Shown here: piece after piece, positions 1 through 8,230 of the stretch | Numbering within the stretch: position 1 is the first letter of the stretch | How the letters are laid out: the number at the start of each line of letters is the position of its first letter | DNA from: a virus | Length of the DNA: 64,000 bases | Direction: 5' to 3' (one strand) | IMG/VR virus record: IMGVR_UViG_3300042542_004852 | Notes under the pieces: generated by a model | The model's input: only the letters and a program-made list of their open reading frames with translations | The model's database searches: none | Told to the model about the DNA's origin: nothing | Program-made: the position numbers and the translations under genes

Positions 1-441
1 TTGCCAGCTTGAGCCGCGCACAAAGTTTACTGGCATAGCGTTAATAACGCCATCTTTGCGCAAGGATACCATTGTTGGCGCTGTGATGATTTCGTCCATC
101 TTGTCCTCAAGAGGAAGCAAGAAAGGCAAGAACTTCTCATCCACTGTTCCTGGCAAGCTGCCCAAGCCTTTGTCGCCGCTCTCTGCAATGCTGCGGATGT
201 ATGTTAAGTCCCAATCTCTGTTTGATGCTAAAAGATTCAACGCAGAATACACGCTCATGTAAGTTTTCGCGCTTCCTGCTGGACCTGCTATAAATACTAT
301 TTTTGTTTCGGGGTTTAAACAAATTTCGAGCAGTTGCTTTTGCTTTTCGGAAAATTTAAATTTGCGCTGTTTGAACTCGACTTTACGTTCCATTGAACCG
401 ATTTCAATAGAACCCTCTGAAGACTTTTTAGATTTGGCCAT
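1..441 (-). CDS. phoH: PhoH-family ATPase (runs off window start)
   Basis: Not in the ORF track. Manual translation from ATG at 441 gives MAKSKK...IAGPAGSAKTY (Walker A)...LGSLPGTVDEKFLPF...VNFVRGSSW, which are PhoH motifs. Confidence 0.88.
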   Translation of the reverse strand, partial: MAKSKKSSEGSIEIGSMERKVEFKQRKFKFSEKQKQLLEICLNPETKIVFIAGPAGSAKTYMSVYSALNLLASNRDWDLTYIRSIAESGDKGLGSLPGTVDEKFLPFLLPLEDKMDEIITAPTMVSLRKDGVINAMPVNFVRGSSWQ

Positions 442-458
442 TCAGATTATATTACACT

Positions 459-1367
459 TTAATAAATATTTTCTCTGATTGTTACTGAACCATTTAAAGA
501 ATTTCCTTGCTGCTGAGTGAGTGATTGACCAACGATTTTGCCGCTCACATCAATGGCAAAAACATAATCACTGCGGGGATTAAAAGAAGTTCCAGTGATA
601 AAATGCCTGAAAGGAGAAAACCTAAAACTCACAAAAGAACCATCGCCGCTGCCATTAAAATCAATAATTTGTCCCACATTTTCGCCCTCAATGGTGACTG
701 TGCGCTCAACGCTGTTTAAAAGAACTCTCTCTGGTGTTTTATAGCCAATGGTGTAAACGGGCGTGCGAGAGCAGGAAACGCTGATTTGAGCGCTCTTCTT
801 GCTTTGAGGTAGTGGCTCTAGGTTGCCAGTGATGCCCACTGCTAAAGCATGCAAAGAATCAAAATAAGCTCCTGTTCCAGCTTGCTTCAGAAGATTTGGC
901 GCATCTGCCATGCCAGTAAATGTTGTGCCCTCAATTGTGTCAACATCGTAACTATTAAAATCGGCGCTAAAAATGATTGGCTGATAGGGAGTGATTTGAA
1001 TCGAGTAAGAATTAAGGTGACAGTCTTTAAACAAGAAATTGCCCACTCTAATCTGATGTCCTGTTTCAAATTCACCAGTGAGCGCCAAAACTCCTGTTTG
1101 AGAAACGCTGCGAGAATTCGCGTTCTCCCCAATCATGGGAAACCAAGAGAAAGAAACTTTGGCAGCTAATGGTGCTGTGGGTGCAAAATCGTTTCTGATG
1201 GGAGTCTTGCCCAAATATTTTCGCGGCTCTAGAGATGAGTCAAAATTTATGCTCACTTCATTTGCAGCCATCAAGTCGCTGTTTTCGTCTCCTGTTAGAG
1301 GAGCTTGATTGACTGTGCTGAAATTTGCGAAAACGGGAACGTTTGTGTATTTAATGAATTTTGACAT
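459..1367 (-). CDS. Probable virion structural protein (tail tube-like, beta-rich)
   Basis: About 300 aa, beta-rich, with two repeated halves ending in 'SYSIQI/SVTI'. Preceded by the GTGTAA motif. Start moved to MSKFIK. Confidence 0.4.
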   Translation of the reverse strand: MSKFIKYTNVPVFANFSTVNQAPLTGDENSDLMAANEVSINFDSSLEPRKYLGKTPIRNDFAPTAPLAAKVSFSWFPMIGENANSRSVSQTGVLALTGEFETGHQIRVGNFLFKDCHLNSYSIQITPYQPIIFSADFNSYDVDTIEGTTFTGMADAPNLLKQAGTGAYFDSLHALAVGITGNLEPLPQSKKSAQISVSCSRTPVYTIGYKTPERVLLNSVERTVTIEGENVGQIIDFNGSGDGSFVSFRFSPFRHFITGTSFNPRSDYVFAIDVSGKIVGQSLTQQQGNSLNGSVTIRENIY

Positions 1368-1401
1368 TGACCTTTTCTTTTTCTTATGATAAATTACACC
1401 A

Positions 1402-1809
1402 ATGAACAAGAGTTTAGAAAAGTGCGTGGAAATAACTAAAGGACTAAAGCCTCACAAACAGAATGGCCGCAGTTTTCATGCCACTTTTATTTTTGACAAG
1501 AAGAGACTGCTCAGCATTGGCTATAACGACTATAAAAAGCATCATCCCTATCACAAGCTGGGCAAGTACATTGGCTACAAAACCAACCCTGAAAAATACC
1601 AGCCCTGCTTGCATTCTGAGATTAGTGCCTTGTTGAAACTGGGTGAAGAAGATTTGAGTCGTTGTGTTTTTGTTAATGTGAGAATAGACCAGAGAGGCGA
1701 ACTAGCCCTAGCAAAGCCTTGCCAAAATTGCGAAAGAGTTTTGCGGCAGGTTGGTTTTAAAAAGCTTTTTTATTCTTCTGAAAAAGGGTTTGTGGAAATG
1801 ATGGGTTGA
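1402..1809 (+). CDS. Zn-dependent cytidine/dCMP deaminase-family protein
   Basis: HSE...PCQNC zinc-binding deaminase motif, with SIGYN upstream. Confidence 0.8.
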   Translation: MNKSLEKCVEITKGLKPHKQNGRSFHATFIFDKKRLLSIGYNDYKKHHPYHKLGKYIGYKTNPEKYQPCLHSEISALLKLGEEDLSRCVFVNVRIDQRGELALAKPCQNCERVLRQVGFKKLFYSSEKGFVEMMG

Positions 1810-2207
1810 TTTTTTTTCTTGTTTTAATAGCACTGGGTTTTTTTAGAGGGGGGTGTTTTTTTATTAATTAGGGGGGGTAGTGAGTGCAAGATGGTGAGGA
1901 GCATGGGGGGAGATGAATGGTTGTTTTTAAGAGTGGAGATTGAGAAAACCCACCCCTGGCGCGTTTAGGAGATTTCCTTAGGTCAAATTCTTAGGAAATG
2001 GGGGTGGGTGCTTTTCTTAGTCAACACTAGGGCAGTTACCTACGCCGCCCTAATGGGGGGCAAGCTGTCAAACGAAAAAAGAAAAAACAAATAGTGGCAC
2101 TTGGCACACTAATTACCATAAAAGAAAAACACTAAAAATAAATGCACGTTGCGCTTGCAGGTCTGCGGATTTGTGGCAATATATAAACAGTTAACCAAAC
2201 GAACAAC

Positions 2208-2411
2208 ATGCAAAACGAAATCAACCTGAACGCCCTCGAAACCAAAACTCTCACCGCTCTTCAGTGGGTTATCATCCGCAACGCCTTGCAAGATAAAATG
2301 GAGGAATTCGACAGCGCTGCCAGTTGGGCAGAATCCAAGGGCTACAACAGCGAAACCTACTACCGCAACGAATACGCGAAACGCTCTCAAATCTTGAAAG
2401 CTATCGCATAA
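2208..2411 (+). CDS. Small hypothetical early protein
   Basis: ORF with C-ending codon bias, downstream of a promoter-like element. Confidence 0.65.
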   Translation: MQNEINLNALETKTLTALQWVIIRNALQDKMEEFDSAASWAESKGYNSETYYRNEYAKRSQILKAIA

Positions 2412-2451
2412 AATCGCTTGCGCGTTTAACCTTTCTCTCTACATTCTAATT

Positions 2452-2700
2452 ATGGAAACAAAACAAATGCACAAGGTCTTAGTTCTGGAACAGCACAGCG
2501 ATGCTGAAAGATTCTCCATCGCGGGATGGGAACGCAGCGCTTCGGTGCGCCGTTCATGGAATGAAATGGTTGAAAAATTCCCCGAATGCGTGCGCGAAGT
2601 GTCTGTGAACGCTTGCCCTTGCTACGGTTCCTCTCACTGGAAACAAGGCAAAGACGGACGAATTGAAATCGTCTCTTTGAACTGTGATTCAAGCGATTAA
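2452..2700 (+). CDS. Small hypothetical early protein
   Basis: ATG 6 nt after the TTGCGC-N16-TACATT promoter at 2418. Confidence 0.65.
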   Translation: METKQMHKVLVLEQHSDAERFSIAGWERSASVRRSWNEMVEKFPECVREVSVNACPCYGSSHWKQGKDGRIEIVSLNCDSSD

Positions 2701-2741
2701 TCGCTTGCGCGTCCCTCTTTCCCCTCTACTATCCTCTTGCC

Positions 2742-2954
2742 ATGAACAACGTCTCCCTTGCCACCCTTCCAGAACTTGACCTCCGCTCCATTGAACTTGA
2801 CGGCGTGGACTTTCGCGACTATCCCGACTTCTGTGATGCTTTTATCAGCTATGCGGAAGCAAAGGACGGGACACCTCTGACAAGCGAGCAACTGGAAATC
2901 TTGAATGAAGATTCCGACTTGATTCACACGCTTGCGCATGATTCCTGCCACTAA
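2742..2954 (+). CDS. Small acidic phage protein (DYPDFCDAFI family)
   Basis: Contains 'RDYPDFCDAFISYAE', a motif I recall from small phage proteins. Has its own promoter at 2705. Confidence 0.7.
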   Translation: MNNVSLATLPELDLRSIELDGVDFRDYPDFCDAFISYAEAKDGTPLTSEQLEILNEDSDLIHTLAHDSCH

Positions 2955-3017
2955 TCGCGCAAAATCGCTTGCGTTCCCCTCTTTCCCCCCTATACTCTCA
3001 GCACCCCGCCCCCCACT

Positions 3018-3239
3018 ATGAAAAGCATTCAATTCAAAACCTTCACGCTCTACATTCAATTTTCAGGCTTTAGCCAATCAAAGAAACACATTCACCTTCC
3101 CTTCTATGTCAAGGCATGGCGCAAGCATCCAGCCTATGACAAGCATCTTCAAATTGCCATCTCTAACGCTGCGGTCAGCACTGGCCTTTCTCCCTCTACT
3201 AAGCCTGTCTGTTACTCGCTACTTGCGGGAATGTGCTAA
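3018..3239 (+). CDS. Small hypothetical early protein
   Basis: Follows the promoter TTGCGT-N16-TATACT at 2969. Confidence 0.6.
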   Translation: MKSIQFKTFTLYIQFSGFSQSKKHIHLPFYVKAWRKHPAYDKHLQIAISNAAVSTGLSPSTKPVCYSLLAGMC

Positions 3240-3283
3240 AAAGCACTTGCGCCCCTCTTTCCCCTTTCTACTCTACTCCTGCC

Positions 3284-3466
3284 ATGAACGCCCCCCTCTC
3301 CAAACGTGAAAGATTCGCCCTCCGAACATCCAAGGCCAGCGGCTTGCCAAACGGCTTTGGCCCGCGCCTAGTTAACCCTGCGCCCTACGTCTGCCAGTGT
3401 GCAAGTTGCAAGGTTGAACGTGAACTCGGCCTTTCCCTTCGCACTCCAAAGCAGTGCGAAGCATAA
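3284..3466 (+). CDS. Small basic Cys-containing protein
   Basis: Start MNAPLSK follows the promoter at 3247. Contains CQCASC. Confidence 0.55.
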   Translation: MNAPLSKRERFALRTSKASGLPNGFGPRLVNPAPYVCQCASCKVERELGLSLRTPKQCEA

Positions 3467-3497
3467 GCAAACAACCTAAGCAACAACACTACCCACT

Positions 3498-3662
3498 ATG
3501 CAATTCTCACCTACTGCCGAAGACATGCATGCGCTCGCTAGCGAGCACGACGCACGCTGTGATTCACCTAATCCCGAATGGGATGATTTCCTACGGGAGC
3601 AGGAGGATAAGTTCTTAGACGCCTTCTATGAGAGGGCAGTGGAAAAGTCCTACGAACTTTGA
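3498..3662 (+). CDS. Acidic 54-aa protein, MxFSxTAEDMHA family copy 1
   Basis: Manual translation: MQFSPTAEDMHALASEHDARCDSPNPEWDDFLREQEDKFLDAFYERAVEKSYEL. Confidence 0.75.
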   Translation: MQFSPTAEDMHALASEHDARCDSPNPEWDDFLREQEDKFLDAFYERAVEKSYEL

Positions 3663-3705
3663 CTAAGCCTAGGCTAGGAAACTCTTAAGCCCCTTAAGTG
3701 GGGAG

Positions 3706-3756
3706 CCTAAGAACTTTACCTAGGCCAGGGGCCTTGGGGTAGGTAAAATTCCTAAG
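3706..3756. repeat. 51-bp palindromic inter-cassette element, copy 1
   Basis: CCTAAG-AAC-TTTACCTA-N17-TAGGTAAA-ATT-CCTAAG. Confidence 0.95.
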
Positions 3757-3933
3757 ACTCTAAGCCTAGTTCACCTAAGACAATCCCTTGCCTTTCCCTA
3801 AGACGATTCTCTTGTCAAGAGAAACAAAAGAAATCTTTTCTGCAATCTTGGCATGATAATTTCCATAAATGAAAAAGATGAAAACAAAACAAAAAAGAAT
3901 TTGCGGTTCTCTTGCCATGTGGCATAATAAGTC

Positions 3934-4212
3934 ATGGAAACGAAAACACTGCTTACAAACGAACAAGTCCTCGCCCTTCTCAACAACGTCGCCCCCCGCG
4001 CCGTGACCATCACGAAAGATGAAACTCCGCTGGAAAACATTCTCGCTTCTCTCACTTCTTTCAACTACGAGAAAGAGGACGGCGTGACTCGCGTGGAAGG
4101 CGCAACTTTCCAGCACGTTGCAATCTCAAAGAACACTGGCAAGCAGTATGCCACGTTTAAAACGTCCGATGGAAAGTTCAAGTCTTTCTTCACTGCTCAA
4201 ATTCAATTCTAA
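3934..4212 (+). CDS. Hypothetical early protein
   Basis: Leaderless start after TTGCGG-N16-CATAAT at 3901. Confidence 0.75.
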   Translation: METKTLLTNEQVLALLNNVAPRAVTITKDETPLENILASLTSFNYEKEDGVTRVEGATFQHVAISKNTGKQYATFKTSDGKFKSFFTAQIQF

Positions 4213-4249
4213 TTTGCCAAGCCAGAAAAACCCTTCACCTTCTAACCCT

Positions 4250-4492
4250 ATGAAAAACAAAATCCCCATGCAAGAAAACATCACAATCTCCCGCGAAACT
4301 TTTTCCACTCTGCTTTCTTTCGCTAAGCGCGAGCAGACAATCTGCGACAACAACGCCAGAAACGCCCTTAAGAAAGTCGAGGAACTCCCGAACGACATTT
4401 TCTGGCAGGACTCGGTAAACTTCTGGAGGCAGGAAAGCCAGAACGCCCAGAACACCTACACAAAAGCCCTAGAAGAAGCGCAGACGCTCTAA
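4250..4492 (+). CDS. Hypothetical helical early protein
   Basis: Start moved to MKNKIP. Ends just before repeat copy 2. Confidence 0.65.
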   Translation: MKNKIPMQENITISRETFSTLLSFAKREQTICDNNARNALKKVEELPNDIFWQDSVNFWRQESQNAQNTYTKALEEAQTL

Positions 4493-4500
4493 TCGGGCCT

Positions 4501-4551
4501 CCTAGGTAATTTACCTAGGGGAAGGCCCCTGGCATAGGTAAAATCCCTAAG
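4501..4551. repeat. 51-bp palindromic element, copy 2
   Basis: CCTAGG-TAA-TTTACCTA-N17-TAGGTAAA-ATC-CCTAAG. Confidence 0.95.
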
Positions 4552-4732
4552 ACTCTTACCCTAGGAGTCTTACCTAAGAAGTCTATTTACTATTAGAGCA
4601 TTTAGTATTTACTATTAGGGCGTTTCGAATTTGCAGTTTGATGAATAAAAAACATGAAAAAAAGATTTGCGCGTTCTTTGTTTTCTGTTATTCTATGCGC
4701 GTAGTCAGTTAACCATTAATATATCCTCTGTT

Positions 4733-4930
4733 ATGCAATTCTCTATCACCGCTGAAGACATGCACGCCGCCCGCCCCGCTTATGACCTTGATGAGGTCAA
4801 CGGTTTTGAGGGCGAAGAACCCTCCGACAATCAAGAGTTTGACACTCATGATGATTATGTTGAGCCGATGGAGGACCAGTGGCTTGATAGCTACTACGAA
4901 AGCCAGACCGAATGCGACTTCGGTGAATGA
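4733..4930 (+). CDS. Very acidic 65-aa protein, MxFSxTAEDMHA family copy 2
   Basis: MQFSITAEDMHAARPAYDLDE..., D/E-rich. Confidence 0.8.
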   Translation: MQFSITAEDMHAARPAYDLDEVNGFEGEEPSDNQEFDTHDDYVEPMEDQWLDSYYESQTECDFGE

Positions 4931-4936
4931 CCTACG

Positions 4937-4961
4937 AGGGCGGCGAAAGCCGCCCTTTTTT
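4937..4961 (+). terminator. Intrinsic terminator (GAAA loop)
   Basis: AGGGCGGC-GAAA-GCCGCCCT followed by a T tract. Confidence 0.9.
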
Positions 4962-4971
4962 ATATACATTG

Positions 4972-5022
4972 CCTAGGAGGTTTACCTAGGCCGCGCCCCC
5001 TGGGATAGGTAAAATCCCTAAG
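4972..5022. repeat. 51-bp palindromic element, copy 3
   Basis: CCTAGG-AGG-TTTACCTA-N17-TAGGTAAA-ATC-CCTAAG. Confidence 0.95.
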
Positions 5023-5161
5023 ATTTTCGCCTTAGGTAAGAAGTCTATTTACTATTAGGCGCTTTAGTATTTACTATTAGGAGATTTCGAGTTTGCTATT
5101 TAGGGAATAAAAAATCATTTTTTTCTTGCGCGGACGAGGTAAACCGCTATTCTATAGCCCT

Positions 5162-5293
5162 ATGAACGAAATGAACTTCTCCACTACCGCCGAAGATATG
5201 CACGCCGCCGCCGCTGAGTTCAACGAGTTTTACGACTTGTTGCGCGAGGAGGCATGGGAGCATCAAGAAGCTTCTCTCACGCAAAACAACTAA
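5162..5293 (+). CDS. Acidic 43-aa protein, MxFSxTAEDMHA family copy 3
   Basis: Manual translation: MNEMNFSTTAEDMHAAAAEFNEFYDLLREEAWEHQEASLTQNN. Promoter at 5126. Confidence 0.75.
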   Translation: MNEMNFSTTAEDMHAAAAEFNEFYDLLREEAWEHQEASLTQNN

Positions 5294-5304
5294 ACTTAAA
5301 TCTT

Positions 5305-5502
5305 ATGATGACACCCGACGAATATGATCCCCCCTCTTATGGGGGCACTCCCACGCAGGAAGCCCATGCAGAAATGACTCTTTTGTTTGGCGCGGAAAAA
5401 CCAACTCGCGCTTGGATTCTTACGGACTTTGATGTGTGGGCACCGAATCCTTTTTACTGTGGGCCTCCACAGCCTCATCCAGAAGACGATGACCATTGGT
5501 GA
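5305..5502 (+). CDS. Small Pro/acidic phage protein
   Basis: Contains 'AWILTDFDVWAPNPFYCGPPQPHPED'. Start MMTPDE. Confidence 0.7.
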   Translation: MMTPDEYDPPSYGGTPTQEAHAEMTLLFGAEKPTRAWILTDFDVWAPNPFYCGPPQPHPEDDDHW

Positions 5503-5510
5503 GCATAAGC

Positions 5511-5561
5511 CCTAGGAGAAATACCTAGGGCACGCCCCTTGGCGTAGGTAAAATCCCTAAG
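5511..5561. repeat. 51-bp palindromic element, copy 4
   Basis: CCTAGG-AGA-AATACCTA-N17-TAGGTAAA-ATC-CCTAAG. Confidence 0.95.
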
Positions 5562-5665
5562 AGAAAACAAAAAAACTTTCCTGCAATCTTGGCATGCTAA
5601 TTACTAGAATAAAAACAAGTTAAAAAAGGCATTGCGCGAATCTCTTTTTCTGTTATCTTGTGGCC

Positions 5666-5794
5666 ATGAAGAAAATCACATTTCGCAAGCCAAAAATCCT
5701 CTCCTTCCGCCTCTCCACTCGCAAAGTCGGCGGCATTCGTTTCGTGCGCGTGGGAAAACTTGTCTTTTCTTTCTGCGTGTCAAAAAAGGCTTGA
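5666..5794 (+). CDS. 42-aa basic peptide
   Basis: MKKITFRKPK...VSKKA, leaderless after the promoter at 5632. Confidence 0.6.
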   Translation: MKKITFRKPKILSFRLSTRKVGGIRFVRVGKLVFSFCVSKKA

Positions 5795-6013
5795 CTTCTC
5801 TCCTTTCTCGCTTATCTTATCCCCATGAACGAAGAAATCTTCACCACAATCTTTATCTCACTTACGCAACGCTTTGACCTTGCCTGCAAAGAAGTTGCCG
5901 AGTCGAAAAATGAAAAACTCAAAGACTACTGGCGGGAAGAAGCGGACAAAGCTCTTCAAGCTCGTCGATATATTGTAGAAAAGATTTGACTTCTCTCCTT
6001 TCTCGCTTATCTT
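5791..6013 (+). promoter_or_regulatory. Two identical 28-bp promoters (5791-5818 and 5986-6013)
   Basis: TTGACTTCTCTCCTTTCTCGCTTATCTT occurs twice. Each -35 box overlaps the TGA stop of the preceding ORF. Confidence 0.85.
5825..5989 (+). CDS. 54-aa hypothetical protein
   Basis: MNEEIFTTIFISLTQRFDLACKEV..., leaderless. Confidence 0.65.
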   Translation: MNEEIFTTIFISLTQRFDLACKEVAESKNEKLKDYWREEADKALQARRYIVEKI

Positions 6014-6036
6014 TAACCCGTAACCAAAACAACACT

Positions 6037-6321
6037 ATGAAAGACCTCATCACCAAAGAAAACCTCGTCGCCCTTCTTCGTTCTAAGAAAGAAGCAGTCA
6101 TTGAAGCCCTGAACGGCAAAAATGTCGTTTACCTGAACGAAGGAGAAAGCAAAGTCAAATCCAACGGCGTGCGAAACTTCAAGATTCTGGACATCGAACA
6201 CGTTGGAACTGGCAAAGCTGGCCGAACATTCATCACGGCCAAAGTCGAGGACTTGAACGACAACAGCGAAATCAAGTATCGGAATCTTCACATCGCGGGC
6301 CTTGAACTGGCTTGGGAATAG
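6037..6321 (+). CDS. Hypothetical early protein
   Basis: Start MKDLIT, strong C-ending codon bias. Confidence 0.75.
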   Translation: MKDLITKENLVALLRSKKEAVIEALNGKNVVYLNEGESKVKSNGVRNFKILDIEHVGTGKAGRTFITAKVEDLNDNSEIKYRNLHIAGLELAWE

Positions 6322-6327
6322 TCTTTT

Positions 6328-6391
6328 GAAGAGAGACGGCAATTGGAAAATGCCCCTAATAGGCTAGTAGGTTCAAACCCTACCCTCTTCT
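6328..6391 (+). ncRNA. tRNA-like RNA with collapsed anticodon arm
   Basis: Acceptor GAAGAG/CTCTTC, D arm GGCA-ATTGGAAAA-TGCC, mini hairpin CCT-AAT-AGG, T arm GTAGG-TTCAAAC-CCTAC. Confidence 0.65.
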
Positions 6392-6399
6392 ATCAATTT

Positions 6400-6498
6400 G
6401 AGCGCGAGGCATGGTTGCCTAAGCTGGCAGGATTGTCACCCTACAGTGTAAACTCCAAATGACAATGGAAGCAGGTTCGACTCCTGCCGCGCTCATCA
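6400..6498 (+). ncRNA. tRNA-like RNA with aberrant, expanded anticodon region
   Basis: Acceptor GAGCGCG/CGCGCTC, arm AGGCA-TGGT-TGCCT, stem ATTGTCA/TGACAAT with a 21-nt loop, T arm GCAGG-TTCGACT-CCTGC. Confidence 0.7.
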
Positions 6499-6518
6499 CT
6501 TTTTAATCAATAAAAAAT

Positions 6519-6776
6519 ATGCTACGCCTAGAATCCTCCACTACTTCTGTAAATGCCGCTTGGCATTATCTCTTAGAAAACAAATGCAGCTTTAGCTCTC
6601 CTGTGCAAATGCTTTCTTCTCGCGCCTTGCAAAAGGCAAAGCTCAAACCCCTCGCGCCGATTGAAACTAAAGTAAAAATCCTCTCTAGGGCTAACGCTAA
6701 AAAGAAAGCAAAAACTTTCTTGCTTAAAGCAGAGGAAAAAATTTCAAACCTCGTAAAAAAAATCTCTAGGCGGTGA
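6519..6776 (+). CDS. Basic (Lys-rich) hypothetical protein
   Basis: ORF followed by a hairpin at 6785-6823 and repeat copy 5. Confidence 0.55.
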   Translation: MLRLESSTTSVNAAWHYLLENKCSFSSPVQMLSSRALQKAKLKPLAPIETKVKILSRANAKKKAKTFLLKAEEKISNLVKKISRR

Positions 6777-6830
6777 TAAGACAAAGGGGGTGGAGAGGTT
6801 AGTGTTGTTCCTCTCTGCCCCCTAAGTTTT

Positions 6831-6881
6831 CTTAGGTGATTTACCTAGGCCAAGCGGCCTGGGGTAGGTAAAACTCCTACG
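6831..6881. repeat. 51-bp palindromic element, copy 5
   Basis: CTTAGG-TGA-TTTACCTA-N17-TAGGTAAA-ACT-CCTACG. Confidence 0.95.
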
Positions 6882-6993
6882 CTCAAATGGCAAATTCCCT
6901 ACCGTTTCTTAAGAAAGATGCCTAAGAAGTCTATTTAAGACTTTCCTATTTAGTATTAGGGCGTTTCGAATTTGGATTTTTATCTTTTTCTAT

Positions 6994-7021
6994 TTGACAG
7001 AAGCGCTTTTGCCTCTATAGT
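6994..7021 (+). promoter_or_regulatory. Sigma70-like promoter with 16-bp spacer
   Basis: TTGACA-N16-TATAGT with ATG 6 nt downstream. Representative of about 18 plus-strand copies in 2.1-11.4 kb. Confidence 0.85.
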
Positions 7022-7027
7022 AGAAAC

Positions 7028-7243
7028 ATGAACCACACATTAGAAACCGCAGGCAACCTACTTCGTCAAATCAGTGAAGAAAGCAGAGGCGTGGCCTTGA
7101 CAAAGGAACAAGCGCACATTTTCAACGCAGTGTTCTACAGAGGCATGCTGGAAGACCTCATTGTCGGCAACGAAACAATTGCCAAACATTTTGAAGAACG
7201 CCTTGACCTTGTGCGAAAATACAATAAGCTCTCGCTTGCATGA
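7028..7243 (+). CDS. Hypothetical early protein
   Basis: Leaderless after the 6994 promoter. Confidence 0.7.
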   Translation: MNHTLETAGNLLRQISEESRGVALTKEQAHIFNAVFYRGMLEDLIVGNETIAKHFEERLDLVRKYNKLSLA

Positions 7244-7574
7244 AGAAGACCCATCACCTCGGCACAATCTCAGACCGCGAACTTAAAAAGCGCGTGCGCA
7301 AAGACCTTCCGCCGCCGCCGCAGAAACATAAAAGCGCCAAAGACTACCGCCGCAATCCCAAACACAAAAACAATGGATAGTTTCAGAGCAGAACAAAAGA
7401 AAGAATGCCTTGATAGCAGCAAAAACAAACGCGCCAAATATGGTTGCCGTTGCTGCTGCAAAATTCGAGACGTTAGCGAGCGCAAAAAATACTCTCGCGC
7501 CCTTGCGCGTGCGAGACTCAAAAATAAAGACAAAAAAGATTTGCCAGAAGAATAAAAACCAGTATCTTATCGCC

Positions 7575-7952
7575 ATGACACAATCACAATTCCACAACAA
7601 AGTTTTGACTCATTACTGGCAAGCTCGCAACAAAAAACGCTTTCATGCAATCTCTCAAACGATTGCGGAAATCGAAAGCAGAAAAAATGAAGCAGAACAA
7701 ACGATGCAAAAACTTTTGCCTAAAATGACAAAAGGAAAAGCTAAACCAATCGAATCAGTAGAATTTTATGATGCGCGTGGCGCTTCTGCTGCTCTTGTTG
7801 GCCTGCTCTCCACATTGCGAAAAGTTCGCGAAGAAATCTTTTACAGCATTGATGAAATCGCTCGCTTCACAGAACCAGAGTGGAACGGGCGCGAGCCTTT
7901 GCGCAAACCAGTGAACAGCGAAAAAATGTTTGAAATTCTAAGTGACCTATAA
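7575..7952 (+). CDS. Hypothetical coiled-coil early protein
   Basis: Start MTQSQF, 6 nt after TTGCCA-N16-TATCTT. Confidence 0.7.
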   Translation: MTQSQFHNKVLTHYWQARNKKRFHAISQTIAEIESRKNEAEQTMQKLLPKMTKGKAKPIESVEFYDARGASAALVGLLSTLRKVREEIFYSIDEIARFTEPEWNGREPLRKPVNSEKMFEILSDL

Positions 7953-8039
7953 ACTTTCTTGACTTTCTCTCGCCTAGGGGAAAAGAGGCTCCATGCCTCG
8001 ATCAACGGAGAAATCCCGCGACTTACCCTAGGTGGGGGG

Positions 8040-8090
8040 CTTAATACGTTTACCTATGCGATGCCCCCTGGGGTAGGTAAAATCCCTATG
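8040..8090. repeat. 51-bp palindromic element, copy 6 (degenerate left end)
   Basis: CTTAAT-ACG-TTTACCTA-N17-TAGGTAAA-ATC-CCTATG. Confidence 0.9.
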
Positions 8091-8230
8091 TTCTCTTAGG
8101 GAACACTCCTAGGGGATAACCTTGTCAAGCACTTTCTAAAAGCGTGCCAAGTTTACAAAAATAAAAAAGAATAAAAAACGCACAAAATGATTTGCGCTCT
8201 TTCTTTGCGTGTGCTAAGTTTACCTTGCCT

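Noticed and set aside
6400-6498. tmRNA or SRP RNA
   Set aside because: Too short and no tag ORF for tmRNA. GGAAGCAG is present but the SRP helix-8 tetraloop context is missing.
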